A stretch of DNA of 16,344 bases from Amoeboradix gromovi X-113 (Eukaryota > Fungi > Sanchytriomycota), in the NCBI GenBank assembly GCA_018985225.1, contig JADGIF010000164.1, forward strand, positions 1 through 16,344, in the 5' to 3' direction. The notes under the pieces are model-generated. The model saw only the letters and a program-made list of their open reading frames with translations, made no database searches and was not told the DNA's origin. This document shows, in pieces, positions 1-8,222 of the stretch. The first letter of the stretch is position 1, and each line of letters starts with the position of its first letter. The translations under genes and the position numbers were made by a program.

Positions 1-168
1 TCATATATTTGAACGAGATGCAGGGTCTTCTACTTTTATTTTAAAAAGAGGAATACAATCAATGAAAGAATATTGGTATAATAGAAGATCTTTTATTAAT
101 AATAGAATTTCCTGCGTATGGAGCACCTTTAAAAACGAGTTAGTCTAGTTTTTATATTTGGTGTCCCA
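1..168 (+). mobile_element. 3' end of a putative TnpB/Fanzor-carrying element (family A): truncated ORF C-terminus plus terminal hairpin (candidate omegaRNA 3' scaffold)
   Basis: The frame from 2 to TAG at 146-148 reads HIFERDAGSSTFILKRG..., resembling the RuvC-III motif (xRDxNAAxNILxxG) of TnpB/Fanzor. Hairpin pairs GGAGCACC (120-127) with GGTGTCC (160-166) and TAAAAAC (130-136) with GTTTTTA (148-154). 55-168 recurs inverted at 16228-16344, and identity stops sharply after GGTGTCCCA. Confidence 0.6.
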
Positions 169-208
169 TTTTACGCATAGTAAATTTCCAGACAGTATTG
201 TAACACGG

Positions 209-1399
209 ATGCGTATTGTACTACTGTTTTTTATGGCAGTATCGTGTATAGAGGACAATAAAGAACAATTTGGCATAGCATGCGATACTTTTAATCGTGA
301 AAATAAGCTGAATTCTTTCAGAGTTGAATCAATAACTGTAGAAAGGATAACGACACCAATTTCAGTTTTGTCCTTGACATTGGAATTACAACTCGTTCCT
401 TGGGATAATACATACTTGCTTATGAAAATTGTAGATGACACTACTGGTAAGAGCAATGACTACACGATGAGCATGAAAAACGGCTATTTCCGTAAAATCA
501 GCATCAACTTTCATATCAAAAAAGATGGTGAAGAAGAAACACAGACAATGCGCTGCGATGACATCAAATATCACTTCTATCAAATGTTAGGGTTTGTGGT
601 ACCTCTTAATGAGGACTATAGCACTTACGATTTTAACGTGGAAAGCGACAAACAAACAAATGGCAAGAAAAGTACAAATGAGCGTAGTATTGGACACCGT
701 AGCTACTACTTTCACAGCTATTATTTATTGAACTATTCGGCTACAACGATCAGAGATATGTATTCCAACATTTTAATTATAGAGCACAAGTGTGCTGTAG
801 CTCCAAATTTGTCTGAAGACACTCGTTACGCTTGTGGTTATCTTAAACACTACTGGGAAAGTCAAATTAGTAAAATTCCGTTGGACTTGCATTGTACTAT
901 CGCGAGGCCAAGCCAAGAGATGCTTTCCAGATTTATGGTATATGGTATTTCAAAAGTACCGCTCACTGTTGATGTATACAGCCATGACACAAGTGCATTA
1001 AAATTAACGGTAGAGTTCCAATTAATCGATCCTTTAAAAATCAAAATAATTGTGAGATCTGTGCAATTTGGTAAAGTACCAGAAAAAGTAGTTTTAAACA
1101 AAATCCACGATATTGTAGGAAATCTTAAAATATTCAAATATAGTTGGAAAGTGCTCCAATTGGATCAGGATGCAGACAACTCACCATATATCGAATTTGA
1201 ACCGTACTCAATTACTTGTGAAAGTGCAGTATATCACTGGTGCGCTCTCTTGAACTTGAGTACTGATGAATGCTATTGGTCAAATGTAGAAAGTTCTTAT
1301 CAATCCATGATAAAGAAAGTTAATGACCCTGTTAGACTGTTGAATATTGAAAAGGCTTACCAATATCTGGAGACGTACTTGAGAAAGATAGTAGGATAA
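209..1399 (+). CDS. Hypothetical secreted protein (396 aa) with an apparent internal two-fold repeat
   Basis: Long ORF. The first ATG at 209 gives signal-peptide-like MRIVLLFFMAVSC. The listed TTG start at 158 lies inside the family A repeat. No family recognised. Confidence 0.75.
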   Translation: MRIVLLFFMAVSCIEDNKEQFGIACDTFNRENKLNSFRVESITVERITTPISVLSLTLELQLVPWDNTYLLMKIVDDTTGKSNDYTMSMKNGYFRKISINFHIKKDGEEETQTMRCDDIKYHFYQMLGFVVPLNEDYSTYDFNVESDKQTNGKKSTNERSIGHRSYYFHSYYLLNYSATTIRDMYSNILIIEHKCAVAPNLSEDTRYACGYLKHYWESQISKIPLDLHCTIARPSQEMLSRFMVYGISKVPLTVDVYSHDTSALKLTVEFQLIDPLKIKIIVRSVQFGKVPEKVVLNKIHDIVGNLKIFKYSWKVLQLDQDADNSPYIEFEPYSITCESAVYHWCALLNLSTDECYWSNVESSYQSMIKKVNDPVRLLNIEKAYQYLETYLRKIVG

Positions 1400-1704
1400 A
1401 TCTAGTCCCGGTATCTTTTACTTCCAGCATTGCTGCAACACTTCCTGGGACATTCTGTGCCAAACAAGTAGAACCTGAGTGTCTATTCAAAATGTAACAC
1501 ACATTTCTGTGCTTTTATCAGCTTCTATTTAACGTGTTGAGTGATCTCTTTATTCCTATATAATGCAGTAGGTTTGTGGTGTTCTGCGGCTCGATTGTTT
1601 TCTTGAATAAATCATTTATCGCGAATTTGTTTGCATTTTGTATAACTTCAAGACTTTTCAAATTTCCAAATAGCTTAAATGCTCGATATTCTTCCGTTTC
1701 GCAA

Positions 1705-1776
1705 ATGGTAAATGGAGTAAATAGATGTAATCCCGAATATGTCAAAGCTAAAGAAATAATTAGCAGGTACAGCATA
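1705..1776 (+). pseudogene. N-terminal fragment of a putative IS607-type serine transposase (TnpA, start of MerR-like HTH)
   Basis: An ATG just inside the left end gives MVNGVNRCNPEYVKAKEIISRYSI, resembling the start of the IS607 TnpA HTH (Y..akE....ygis..TLrrW). It is cut off by a deletion junction into the Fanzor frame. Only 24 codons; supported mainly by position. Confidence 0.5.
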
Positions 1777-2108
1777 CAGAGACTTATAATCTTATATACT
1801 TGCCATCGTTCAATACGAGCCAGATGTTAAGTAGCTTGTCGAGCAAGGTCGCAAGAAACATGGCTACAATGTCCCATTACACATTCAAGCAACGCTTGAA
1901 GTTCAAATGTAAACAAAGAGTAAAGACGATAATCGAATGTAATGAAGCATTTACTAGTCAGACATGTACGAGGTATGGTACTCTAAAGAAAACTAATTTA
2001 GAAACCTGAGCCTGTACCAACTCTCATTTGAAGATAGATAGAGACCATATGGCAGCAAGGAACATATACCAAGTATCTGCATCCTTATTCAATCCCGCCT
2101 CAGGATAG
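1776..2108 (+). pseudogene. Fanzor2 (IS607-type TnpB) RNA-guided nuclease, C-terminal fragment, inactivated
   Basis: TETYNLIYLPSFNTSQML...VARNMATMSHYTFKQRL...CNEAFTSQTCTRYG...ET*ACTNSHLKIDRDHMAARNIY. Shows RuvC-II (E-x-x-T-S), decayed CxxC pairs (CTRY, CTNS) and RuvC-III (DRDxxAARNI). In-frame TGA at 2007-2009; natural stop TAG at 2106-2108. Confidence 0.9.
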
Positions 2109-2206
2109 TGAAAGCGTGAGCGATCACTGTAACGGAGCATCTAGCATTGCTAGTTTCTCTGTGGAAATTCTCGATTTTCTGGGAAATTAGAACTTTTAAC
2201 GAGGAG
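2109..2206 (+). ncRNA. Candidate omegaRNA scaffold / right end of the family B element
   Basis: Lies between the Fanzor2 stop and the element end and contains the hairpin CTAGC-ATT-GCTAG (2141-2153). The position is where TnpB/Fanzor omegaRNAs are encoded. Expression is not shown. Confidence 0.45.
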
Positions 2207-2757
2207 AACAGCATCGAATTTGCCACCCTCTCTGCTCGAACTAAGTGAAAACAATAAACACATTGTAAAAGCTGTCCAAAATCAGATAGAAGCAACTAGG
2301 ATATAAGAGTGTTCTCATGACGCATCCTAGAATAAGACTTGCTTGTTTAATACGCTCAGGACAGCTCTTCCATAAAATTAGTTGGATGTTCGTAATAAGA
2401 GGTGTGCTGATCGTAGCATAACTGTTTAAGACGATAAACGGGGATCTTGAATTGGTGCTTCCATAGTTGTTTGGAATATTAGATTTGTTAGAATAGATTT
2501 AGACTTATTAATTCACACATTAAATATTTAGACCAATTCATTCAATAAATGCTGTCCTAAAACAGTCAATACTTAATTTTTTTCCAGCTCTTGATTTAGT
2601 AGAAACTCTGGTTGTTGATGGTTGTCACATAAGAAGGGGAAAATCAATTTTACCATGTCTTGGTGTTTTTGCACTGTTTTTCTCTACCTTGCGAATGCAT
2701 GTGATATGATAAGAAGCACAAATAAAATAGTTTTGTCTGAAAATTGAAACTTCAAAC

Positions 2758-3108
2758 ATGGGTAAATTCGACCCATTTGTGGATTATTACGAGTTATTTC
2801 AGGTGCCAAGTAATGCCAAAATGAATACAATATACAAGCGATATAAGCAATTGGCACTGAAATATCATCCTGATAAATACGGTGGGTCTAAAATATTTTT
2901 ATTGTTGCAACAAGGATTAGACGTATTAGAAAACAGTAGAAGTGAATACGACAGAGCATACGGCATGAACAAGAGCGAATGTGCCGTAAAAAAAGAAAGT
3001 AGGGAATTTGTTGTAATCAAAACCTTGATCGAACTGGATTTAATAAATTCAAAGAGGTGTGGAATAGATTTAGAAGCATACGAGGATCAGGTGTTTGAAC
3101 ACATATAA
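2758..3108 (+). CDS. Small J-domain (DnaJ type III) protein
   Basis: DYYELFQV...IYKRYKQLALKYHPDK...RSEYD is a canonical J-domain with the HPD motif. AATAAA overlaps the stop codon. Confidence 0.9.
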   Translation: MGKFDPFVDYYELFQVPSNAKMNTIYKRYKQLALKYHPDKYGGSKIFLLLQQGLDVLENSRSEYDRAYGMNKSECAVKKESREFVVIKTLIELDLINSKRCGIDLEAYEDQVFEHI

Positions 3109-3144
3109 TAAATAGCAATTGTAGTTATAATATTTTATTTTCAT

Positions 3145-3738
3145 CTACAAGGGAGGATTACACAAATTAGCCAAGCCAATAATAGTGCCAACTATTCCAA
3201 CAGTAATCATAGCCCACCATGCATCCCTCCTTTTTCGATGTACCCTGGGTTGCTTTTTTATATACAAGCATGCACCTCGGTCGTCTATATCCCCTCTATT
3301 GACTAGTCTGCAAGTATTAGCAGCTACCTTATCTTTTAATTCCTGATCCAATACGTCACCAGTAATTGGATCCAGATATGTGATAACATAATCCTTGTAA
3401 TAGAAATATCCATAATAAGTAGTAATCTTATATCTTCTAGTATATGGCAGTTCGCTACCTTTATCACAATCAGCATACCAGTTGCAGTGAATATTTATGT
3501 CTGTTTTAGAGTTTTCCATTCTTGTTTGTTCACTCGCGTTTTCAAAAGATCCAAATCCTACAAGCCCAAGAGAAACAAGAACTATGGCAAGAGAAGTGAT
3601 GTAATGACGATTTGTTTCAGAAACCGTGAGTTGAGGTGCTGTAGTATGGGAACTCACTCGCGAAGGTCCAGTATGTGGTCTTGAGTTGATTGTAGTTATT
3701 GGCGGAGAATCTAACCTCTTTGACACGCCCTTCTCCAC
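3145..3738 (-). CDS. Hypothetical membrane protein with two TM helices flanking a Cys/Tyr-rich loop; 5' end uncertain
   Basis: 197-codon ORF with hydrophobic segments YITSLAIVLVSLGLVGFGSF and WWAMITVGIVGTIIGLANL. AATAAA 5 nt after the stop. The frame stays open to about 3813 but has no ATG there. Confidence 0.65.
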   Translation of the reverse strand: MEKGVSKRLDSPPITTINSRPHTGPSRVSSHTTAPQLTVSETNRHYITSLAIVLVSLGLVGFGSFENASEQTRMENSKTDINIHCNWYADCDKGSELPYTRRYKITTYYGYFYYKDYVITYLDPITGDVLDQELKDKVAANTCRLVNRGDIDDRGACLYIKKQPRVHRKRRDAWWAMITVGIVGTIIGLANLCNPPL

Positions 3739-4117
3739 ATCTGTTGAACCCGAAGATTCGCCTCTTTTCCTTAAAACATGTGGACAAGTATTCGAATAAT
3801 TGAACTTCTCCGATTAGATGCACAAATCTAGTCAAATAACTATTTCGATCCCCTTACTAAAGGTGAATCGATAGCGCATCATAGTAGCATCTACTCATAT
3901 AGTAAATAGCATAAGTTAAACTTGTTCTTCTTAATCTTATGAGATCTATTGCTGCAACAGCTTACCTAGTTTTAGTGCGAAATGTATCATTAGTTGAAGA
4001 ATCAAAACTTATCACAATTGTGATATTGTTTTGTTCATAACTCCTGCAACATAAGTGCCTTCTGACTGCATCATGAAAAAGGAAAATCATATATTGATAA
4101 AATTTACTGATTCTAAC

Positions 4118-4990
4118 TCATATCAAGTATGGAGATACTGGCGTTGTAGAGAACGCTTTCCTACTGCTGCACACTGAATTCAAATTTTTGGTCGAAATAG
4201 CCGTTAGTTTAGTCAACTCGTTATCATCTTCTACTGGTTTTGTAGTTTCAATATCAGACATTGCAGAAGACGCGATACTGTTAATACTATTGATACTATT
4301 GCATGATTCTTTCCTGATTAGATCGATAGCAGATATGTTTGGAGTTTTTGTTTGTTGGAACGGCGTAACCGAGTGCATAGTATTGGGTTGTATTTCCAAC
4401 GGAGTCTTTGGTGAAGGAGACAGTTCATAGCTCTCTACGTTCTTAATTTGAAATGGGGGATTAGCAGTTCTGATATTGTTCAAATCATTAACATCTGAAT
4501 TAGTTACAGGTGGTGAGTTAGTAGCTTCATTATCAAAAGGAACGTTGAACTCGGACATTGGCGATTTAACGCTTCTAGATGCGGAACTAGTAGATTTGCT
4601 ACTAAACGAGAACAAGGACTCCTCGTCCTGTTTGCGTTTTCTTTTCTTGTTTCGCATTACATAAATGCCGGCTAAACCAGCCACGGCAGCTCCGCATCCA
4701 GTGCCGGTGATTATCCAAGTATATGAGAATCCACCAGAACCGTCGGATGAGGGAGCTTCTGAGATGGTGGCAGAAGCGGTCCCTCCATTCTCTGAGCTTG
4801 TACTTCCAGAAACAGTTGGAAGATTGTTACTAGAGCTAGAGGAAGGTGGTGGAGGAGCTTCATTGTTTGGGTCTGGCGCAGATTGAGGTTGCCCAGTTAA
4901 TGCTTTGTGAGGATCAAAGTCTAGTATAGAGTTAGTGGCAGTGGTTGCAGCAGTTTGGCAATACACTGCGAGTATGAAGAGTATCAGCAT
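4118..4990 (-). CDS. Type I single-pass membrane protein with S/T/P-rich ectodomain (Mid2/mucin-like architecture), 290 aa
   Basis: ATG at 4990 gives signal peptide MLILFILAVYCQTA, then a Ser/Thr/Pro-rich region, TM WIITGTGCGAAVAGLAGIYVM, basic stop-transfer RNKKRKRK and a Ser-rich tail. Confidence 0.8.
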   Translation of the reverse strand: MLILFILAVYCQTAATTATNSILDFDPHKALTGQPQSAPDPNNEAPPPPSSSSSNNLPTVSGSTSSENGGTASATISEAPSSDGSGGFSYTWIITGTGCGAAVAGLAGIYVMRNKKRKRKQDEESLFSFSSKSTSSASRSVKSPMSEFNVPFDNEATNSPPVTNSDVNDLNNIRTANPPFQIKNVESYELSPSPKTPLEIQPNTMHSVTPFQQTKTPNISAIDLIRKESCNSINSINSIASSAMSDIETTKPVEDDNELTKLTAISTKNLNSVCSSRKAFSTTPVSPYLI

Positions 4991-5140
4991 AAGCTGACTG
5001 GGACACACTTGAATAAATTCATTTGATATCCTTGCTAATAAATTTTTCACCAATCAGGTTTCGTACAAACATTAGTTCAAGAGGAGCAAGCAAATAACTC
5101 ACGGAGATCTAGTCCTACAAATCGTAGCTCAACCCCAAAA

Positions 5141-5212
5141 GAGACACGCAATCATAAACTGACCCCATTCCATTAAATAGGGGTTTTGATTGATGCACAT
5201 AATGGGTGTCCC
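5141..5212 (-). ncRNA. Long hairpin downstream of the Fanzor1 relic (candidate omegaRNA)
   Basis: Minus-strand nested pairings GGGACAC/GTGTCTC, AATCAAAAC/GTTTATGATT and CCCTATT/AATGGGG. Starts about 20 nt after the relic's stop. The outer G-U pair works only on the minus strand, the same strand as the ORF. Confidence 0.45.
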
Positions 5213-5233
5213 AAGGAATCGTTGCACAAAAGT

Positions 5234-5819
5234 TCATATCTTACCATAATGTTTCTTGTAGGTGCTACAATAACTTATTATAACTAGTTCTATTTTTATA
5301 GATGCATCCATCTCTCTTTCAGTTACAAGAGTATTTGTACACCGACGTTGTTGTTGAGCGTTAAGTGATATCATCTCTTTTGGTAAGGTGTGATGACACT
5401 CGTAACACAACTTTGAAGTTTCAAATTCTGGTGCTATAATCATTCTAGTTCTATCACATAAGCATGTATTAGGTGTTTAACTGGAACAGTGGAATCCCTT
5501 AACAATTACCACAACTACCATCTCCAAATAAATGTTTCTTCTTCTTTCATGATTTTTCTTGACAGATTTAGAATTCCACTAGCCACTCTATCCATCAAGA
5601 TGAAAAGATCTAGATGGAACAAGGCTTCTCCAAGGTTATTGAGATAGTTTGTTATCTATTTGGAGTATTCAAAGGACATGAATTCATATCAACAAACTTA
5701 AAGATATCAAATCTCTCATGAATTGCTTCTTTGGTGCGAAGATCTTTGACCGTTTTCAATTTCTTTTTGCGCTCATAAAGAATAGGAACATCCGGATTCA
5801 TACCATATCGCAATGGCAT
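5234..5819 (-). pseudogene. Decayed Fanzor1-like (TnpB-derived) nuclease, family C
   Basis: Across frameshifts it reads MDRVASGILNL...LFGDGSCG...STVPVKHLIHA/CDRTRMIIAPEFETSKLCYECHHTL...RRCTN...EREMDASIKI. This gives the G-D-G and P-x-K motifs, RuvC-II EFxTSKxC-xx-C, and a degenerate RuvC-III. The 5' boundary beyond about 5595 is tentative. Confidence 0.75.
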
Positions 5820-6051
5820 TCGATTCAATTAACTCTTTCGAGTATCTCGCCCTCAAGACATGATGCATATTAGTTTATTTTTAATTCTAGAATTACAAAA
5901 AGTATTTATTGAAGTATGAAACAATTTGGTTGAATATCGATGAAGTAAAACTGTCGTTGGATATCCCATATATTGCCCATGAATACTGTGGAAGTTTTTC
6001 AAGGCATGAATCTTGATTGGAAATTAAAAATAAATGAGGCTAAATATTTTA

Positions 6052-6318
6052 CTAACTTAATCGGGGTATGACTATTTTAGATGGACTTCTGAGTTTGATA
6101 ACAGGATATTCCTGAGTGAAGGCTGTAGATATTTGTTCTACTTGCGTTTCCGAATGGCTGGGATGTGAGTTTCTGTTTTTAAATTTCTGAACTAAAAACA
6201 ATGAGGATGCTATTGCAGCCATAAAAGCAACGACACCAAAAATCAATGGAGCTACCCTCAAATGTGAATCTGGGTCATTTGTGACTGGATAACCAAATGC
6301 CCAACTTTCAAAAATCAT
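6052..6318 (-). CDS. Small single-pass membrane protein (88 aa)
   Basis: ATG at 6318. TM APLIFGVVAFMAAIASSLFLV followed by basic QKFKNR. AGTAAA overlaps the stop as in neighbouring genes. Confidence 0.6.
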   Translation of the reverse strand: MIFESWAFGYPVTNDPDSHLRVAPLIFGVVAFMAAIASSLFLVQKFKNRNSHPSHSETQVEQISTAFTQEYPVIKLRSPSKIVIPRLS

Positions 6319-6449
6319 CAAGTTCAATTACCCACTTGGCCTATGAAAAAGCATGTAGAACTAGCTGATTGTCTTGTCCTATGGTTTCTTTTCCACCATC
6401 ACAGCAACAGATTTATATTCCTTGAGTCTTGACAACGTATCATAACTTA

Positions 6450-6489
6450 ACAAAGTAACATGATTTTACAAAGTAACATGATTTTACAA
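6450..6489. repeat. Perfect 18-bp tandem duplication (ACAAAGTAACATGATTTT x2.2)
   Basis: Units at 6450-6467 and 6468-6485, plus ACAA. Confidence 0.95.
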
Positions 6490-6707
6490 TGTATCAACAT
6501 TATGTACTACACAGATATTAAGTTCGCGTGTGGATGCATTTTGTGCTAGTTGATCTCTATTCACCTGTGTGATGATATGCAACGTTGCGCAATATCTTAC
6601 CAATCATACTTCATAAAAATATAATCGTCAAAATCGTCAAACCTCCTGTCCAATAAGAGCTTAGAGGGGCGAGTTTAAAAGAAATCACTCCGTCCTCCGA
6701 TTCAAAA

Positions 6708-8028
6708 ATGTCAACGACTACACATGAAGCTCCGCAACAACATGCTCCTACTGCTGTAAGTGCTGAATCCGTGGAGAGATTGCGATACTTCCTTGCCACG
6801 GCGCCATTAAATTGGCTCCCTCAAGAAAGCATTCGTCGTCACTTGTTACCTAATGGTGAATACGTCAGCTGTGTTTTGTGGGAAAATACTTTTCATATTT
6901 CAGGCACGGATATTATTCGTATTCTCATCTATAGATTTCATGCGTATGGACGCCCTGTACAGAACATTAAGAAGTTCGAAGAAGGTGTGTTTAGTGATCT
7001 GAGAAATCTCAAAGTTGGAGTGGATGCTCGATTAGAAGAACCTCGCAGTCCTTTACTGGAACTGTTGTATAAGCATAATTGTGTACGGACTCAAAAGAAA
7101 CAAAAGGTATTTTATTGGTACTCTGTCCCGCATGATCGTTTGTTTGTGGATGCTCTTGAAAGAGATCTGAAAAGAGAGGCATTGGGTATCCAGCCAACTA
7201 CAATTCCTATCCATCCACCACCTCCATTACCAATGATCTTAGGGCCCCCTCGCTCTCCTAAGCAAATAGAAGAAGATAAAATGAATAACCAATACAAGGA
7301 AAATGACCAAGATAGCATGCAACACGATCATATGCAACATGATCATAACAGTCCTCCTCAGTTGACTTTTCAAGCTCCCCCTATGGATTTTTACAATGAT
7401 CCGTTAATGATGATGTCTCCACCTCAGCAAGGTGAAATGATCGCAAATATGAACATGATATTGAGCAATCAAGGACCTGCTGTACCTCCTCCAATGCATG
7501 AGAAGGAGAAACTGGATTCAAAAAATGAAAATGAATCAGACATGAGTACACGCAATGATACACCAGAAGGGACACCAGATCAGCGTGCTTTAGATGACAT
7601 GGCGGATTTGCCGTTTCCTGAATTCAGTCCACCCATTAGCGACCCAGGAATGGACATGAAACATGGCTCACCATTTAATTTACCAGCGACAGCTTACACC
7701 GTAGATGACTCTTATTTGTACATGCATTCGTTACCTCCAAGCGCAATGGCTCACAGTTATGCAATGACTCAATTTGAATGGAAAAATGACACTGAAGAAC
7801 GGCCTTTTCAATGTTCGTGGTACTTTATTTTAATTTAGGGAAGGGTGCGGTAAACGATTTAAAAGATTTGAGCATGTGAAGAGACATGAAAGGATCCATA
7901 GCGGTGAAAAACCATACTCATGCCCGTATAGTGGTTGTGAAAAGAGATTTAGTAGAAGTGATAATTTGCAGAACCATATTAGAGTGCATCAGAAGCAAGA
8001 AAAGAAGGCACAACAGTCCAGGAAGTAA
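6708..8028 (+). CDS. STE12: STE12/SteA-type transcription factor: STE domain plus two C-terminal C2H2 zinc fingers; join(6708..7819,7839..8028), 433 aa
   Basis: STE domain FLATAPLNW...YVSCVLW...ISGTDI...[15 protein letters not shown]...[33 protein letters not shown]. Removing a 19-nt intron gives [57 protein letters not shown]. Confidence 0.96.
7820..7838 (+). other. 19-nt spliceosomal intron GTACTTTATTTTAATTTAG
   Basis: GT-AG; removal restores C-x4-C of the first zinc finger. An alternative donor at 7817 (22 nt) is also in frame. Confidence 0.85.
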
Positions 8029-8222
8029 GTATGAACCAATAAATTATTTATATTGAAATGTTCTCTGTAATACAGGCATTTTGATCATGCTTTAGTGTAA
8101 TGTTAAAAATAGATTCTGTTTGGCAAAAAAGTAAAGGCTCTAGAAAGCTCACCAGATGGCAGAGTAATCTCTTGATGGATGGTAGCCTTCAGCATTAAAT
8201 GTCTTTAAGGGTGCTGCAACAG

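Larger units (their letters stand above)
1590..2206 (+). mobile_element. Internally deleted IS607-like element (family B): left end, TnpA N-terminal fragment, Fanzor2/TnpB C-terminal fragment, right end
   Basis: Both ends are defined by other copies: 1590-1692 matches 8223-8327, and 2170-2206 matches 8317-8353 and the reverse complement of the right end at 11675-11719. CTCGAT direct repeats at 1590, 1682 and 2170. Contains a clear TnpB/Fanzor2 RuvC/zinc-finger remnant. Confidence 0.8.

Noticed and set aside
1518-2295. ORFs 1518-1775(-), 1576-1830(+) and 2089-2295(-) as genes
   Set aside because: They run through non-coding element ends and deletion junctions and use non-ATG starts; explained by the family B element.
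5205-5213. GGTGTCCCA identical to the family A terminus
   Set aside because: Only 9-10 nt, no upstream similarity to 115-159, and it is explained as one arm of the family C hairpin in the opposite orientation.
6450-6489. CRISPR-like repeat
   Set aside because: Two adjacent units without spacers in a eukaryotic context; a simple tandem duplication.
8198-8207. AAATGTCTTT as a target of the predicted guide from the 16228 copy
   Set aside because: A match of about 9-10 nt in AT-rich DNA is expected by chance.
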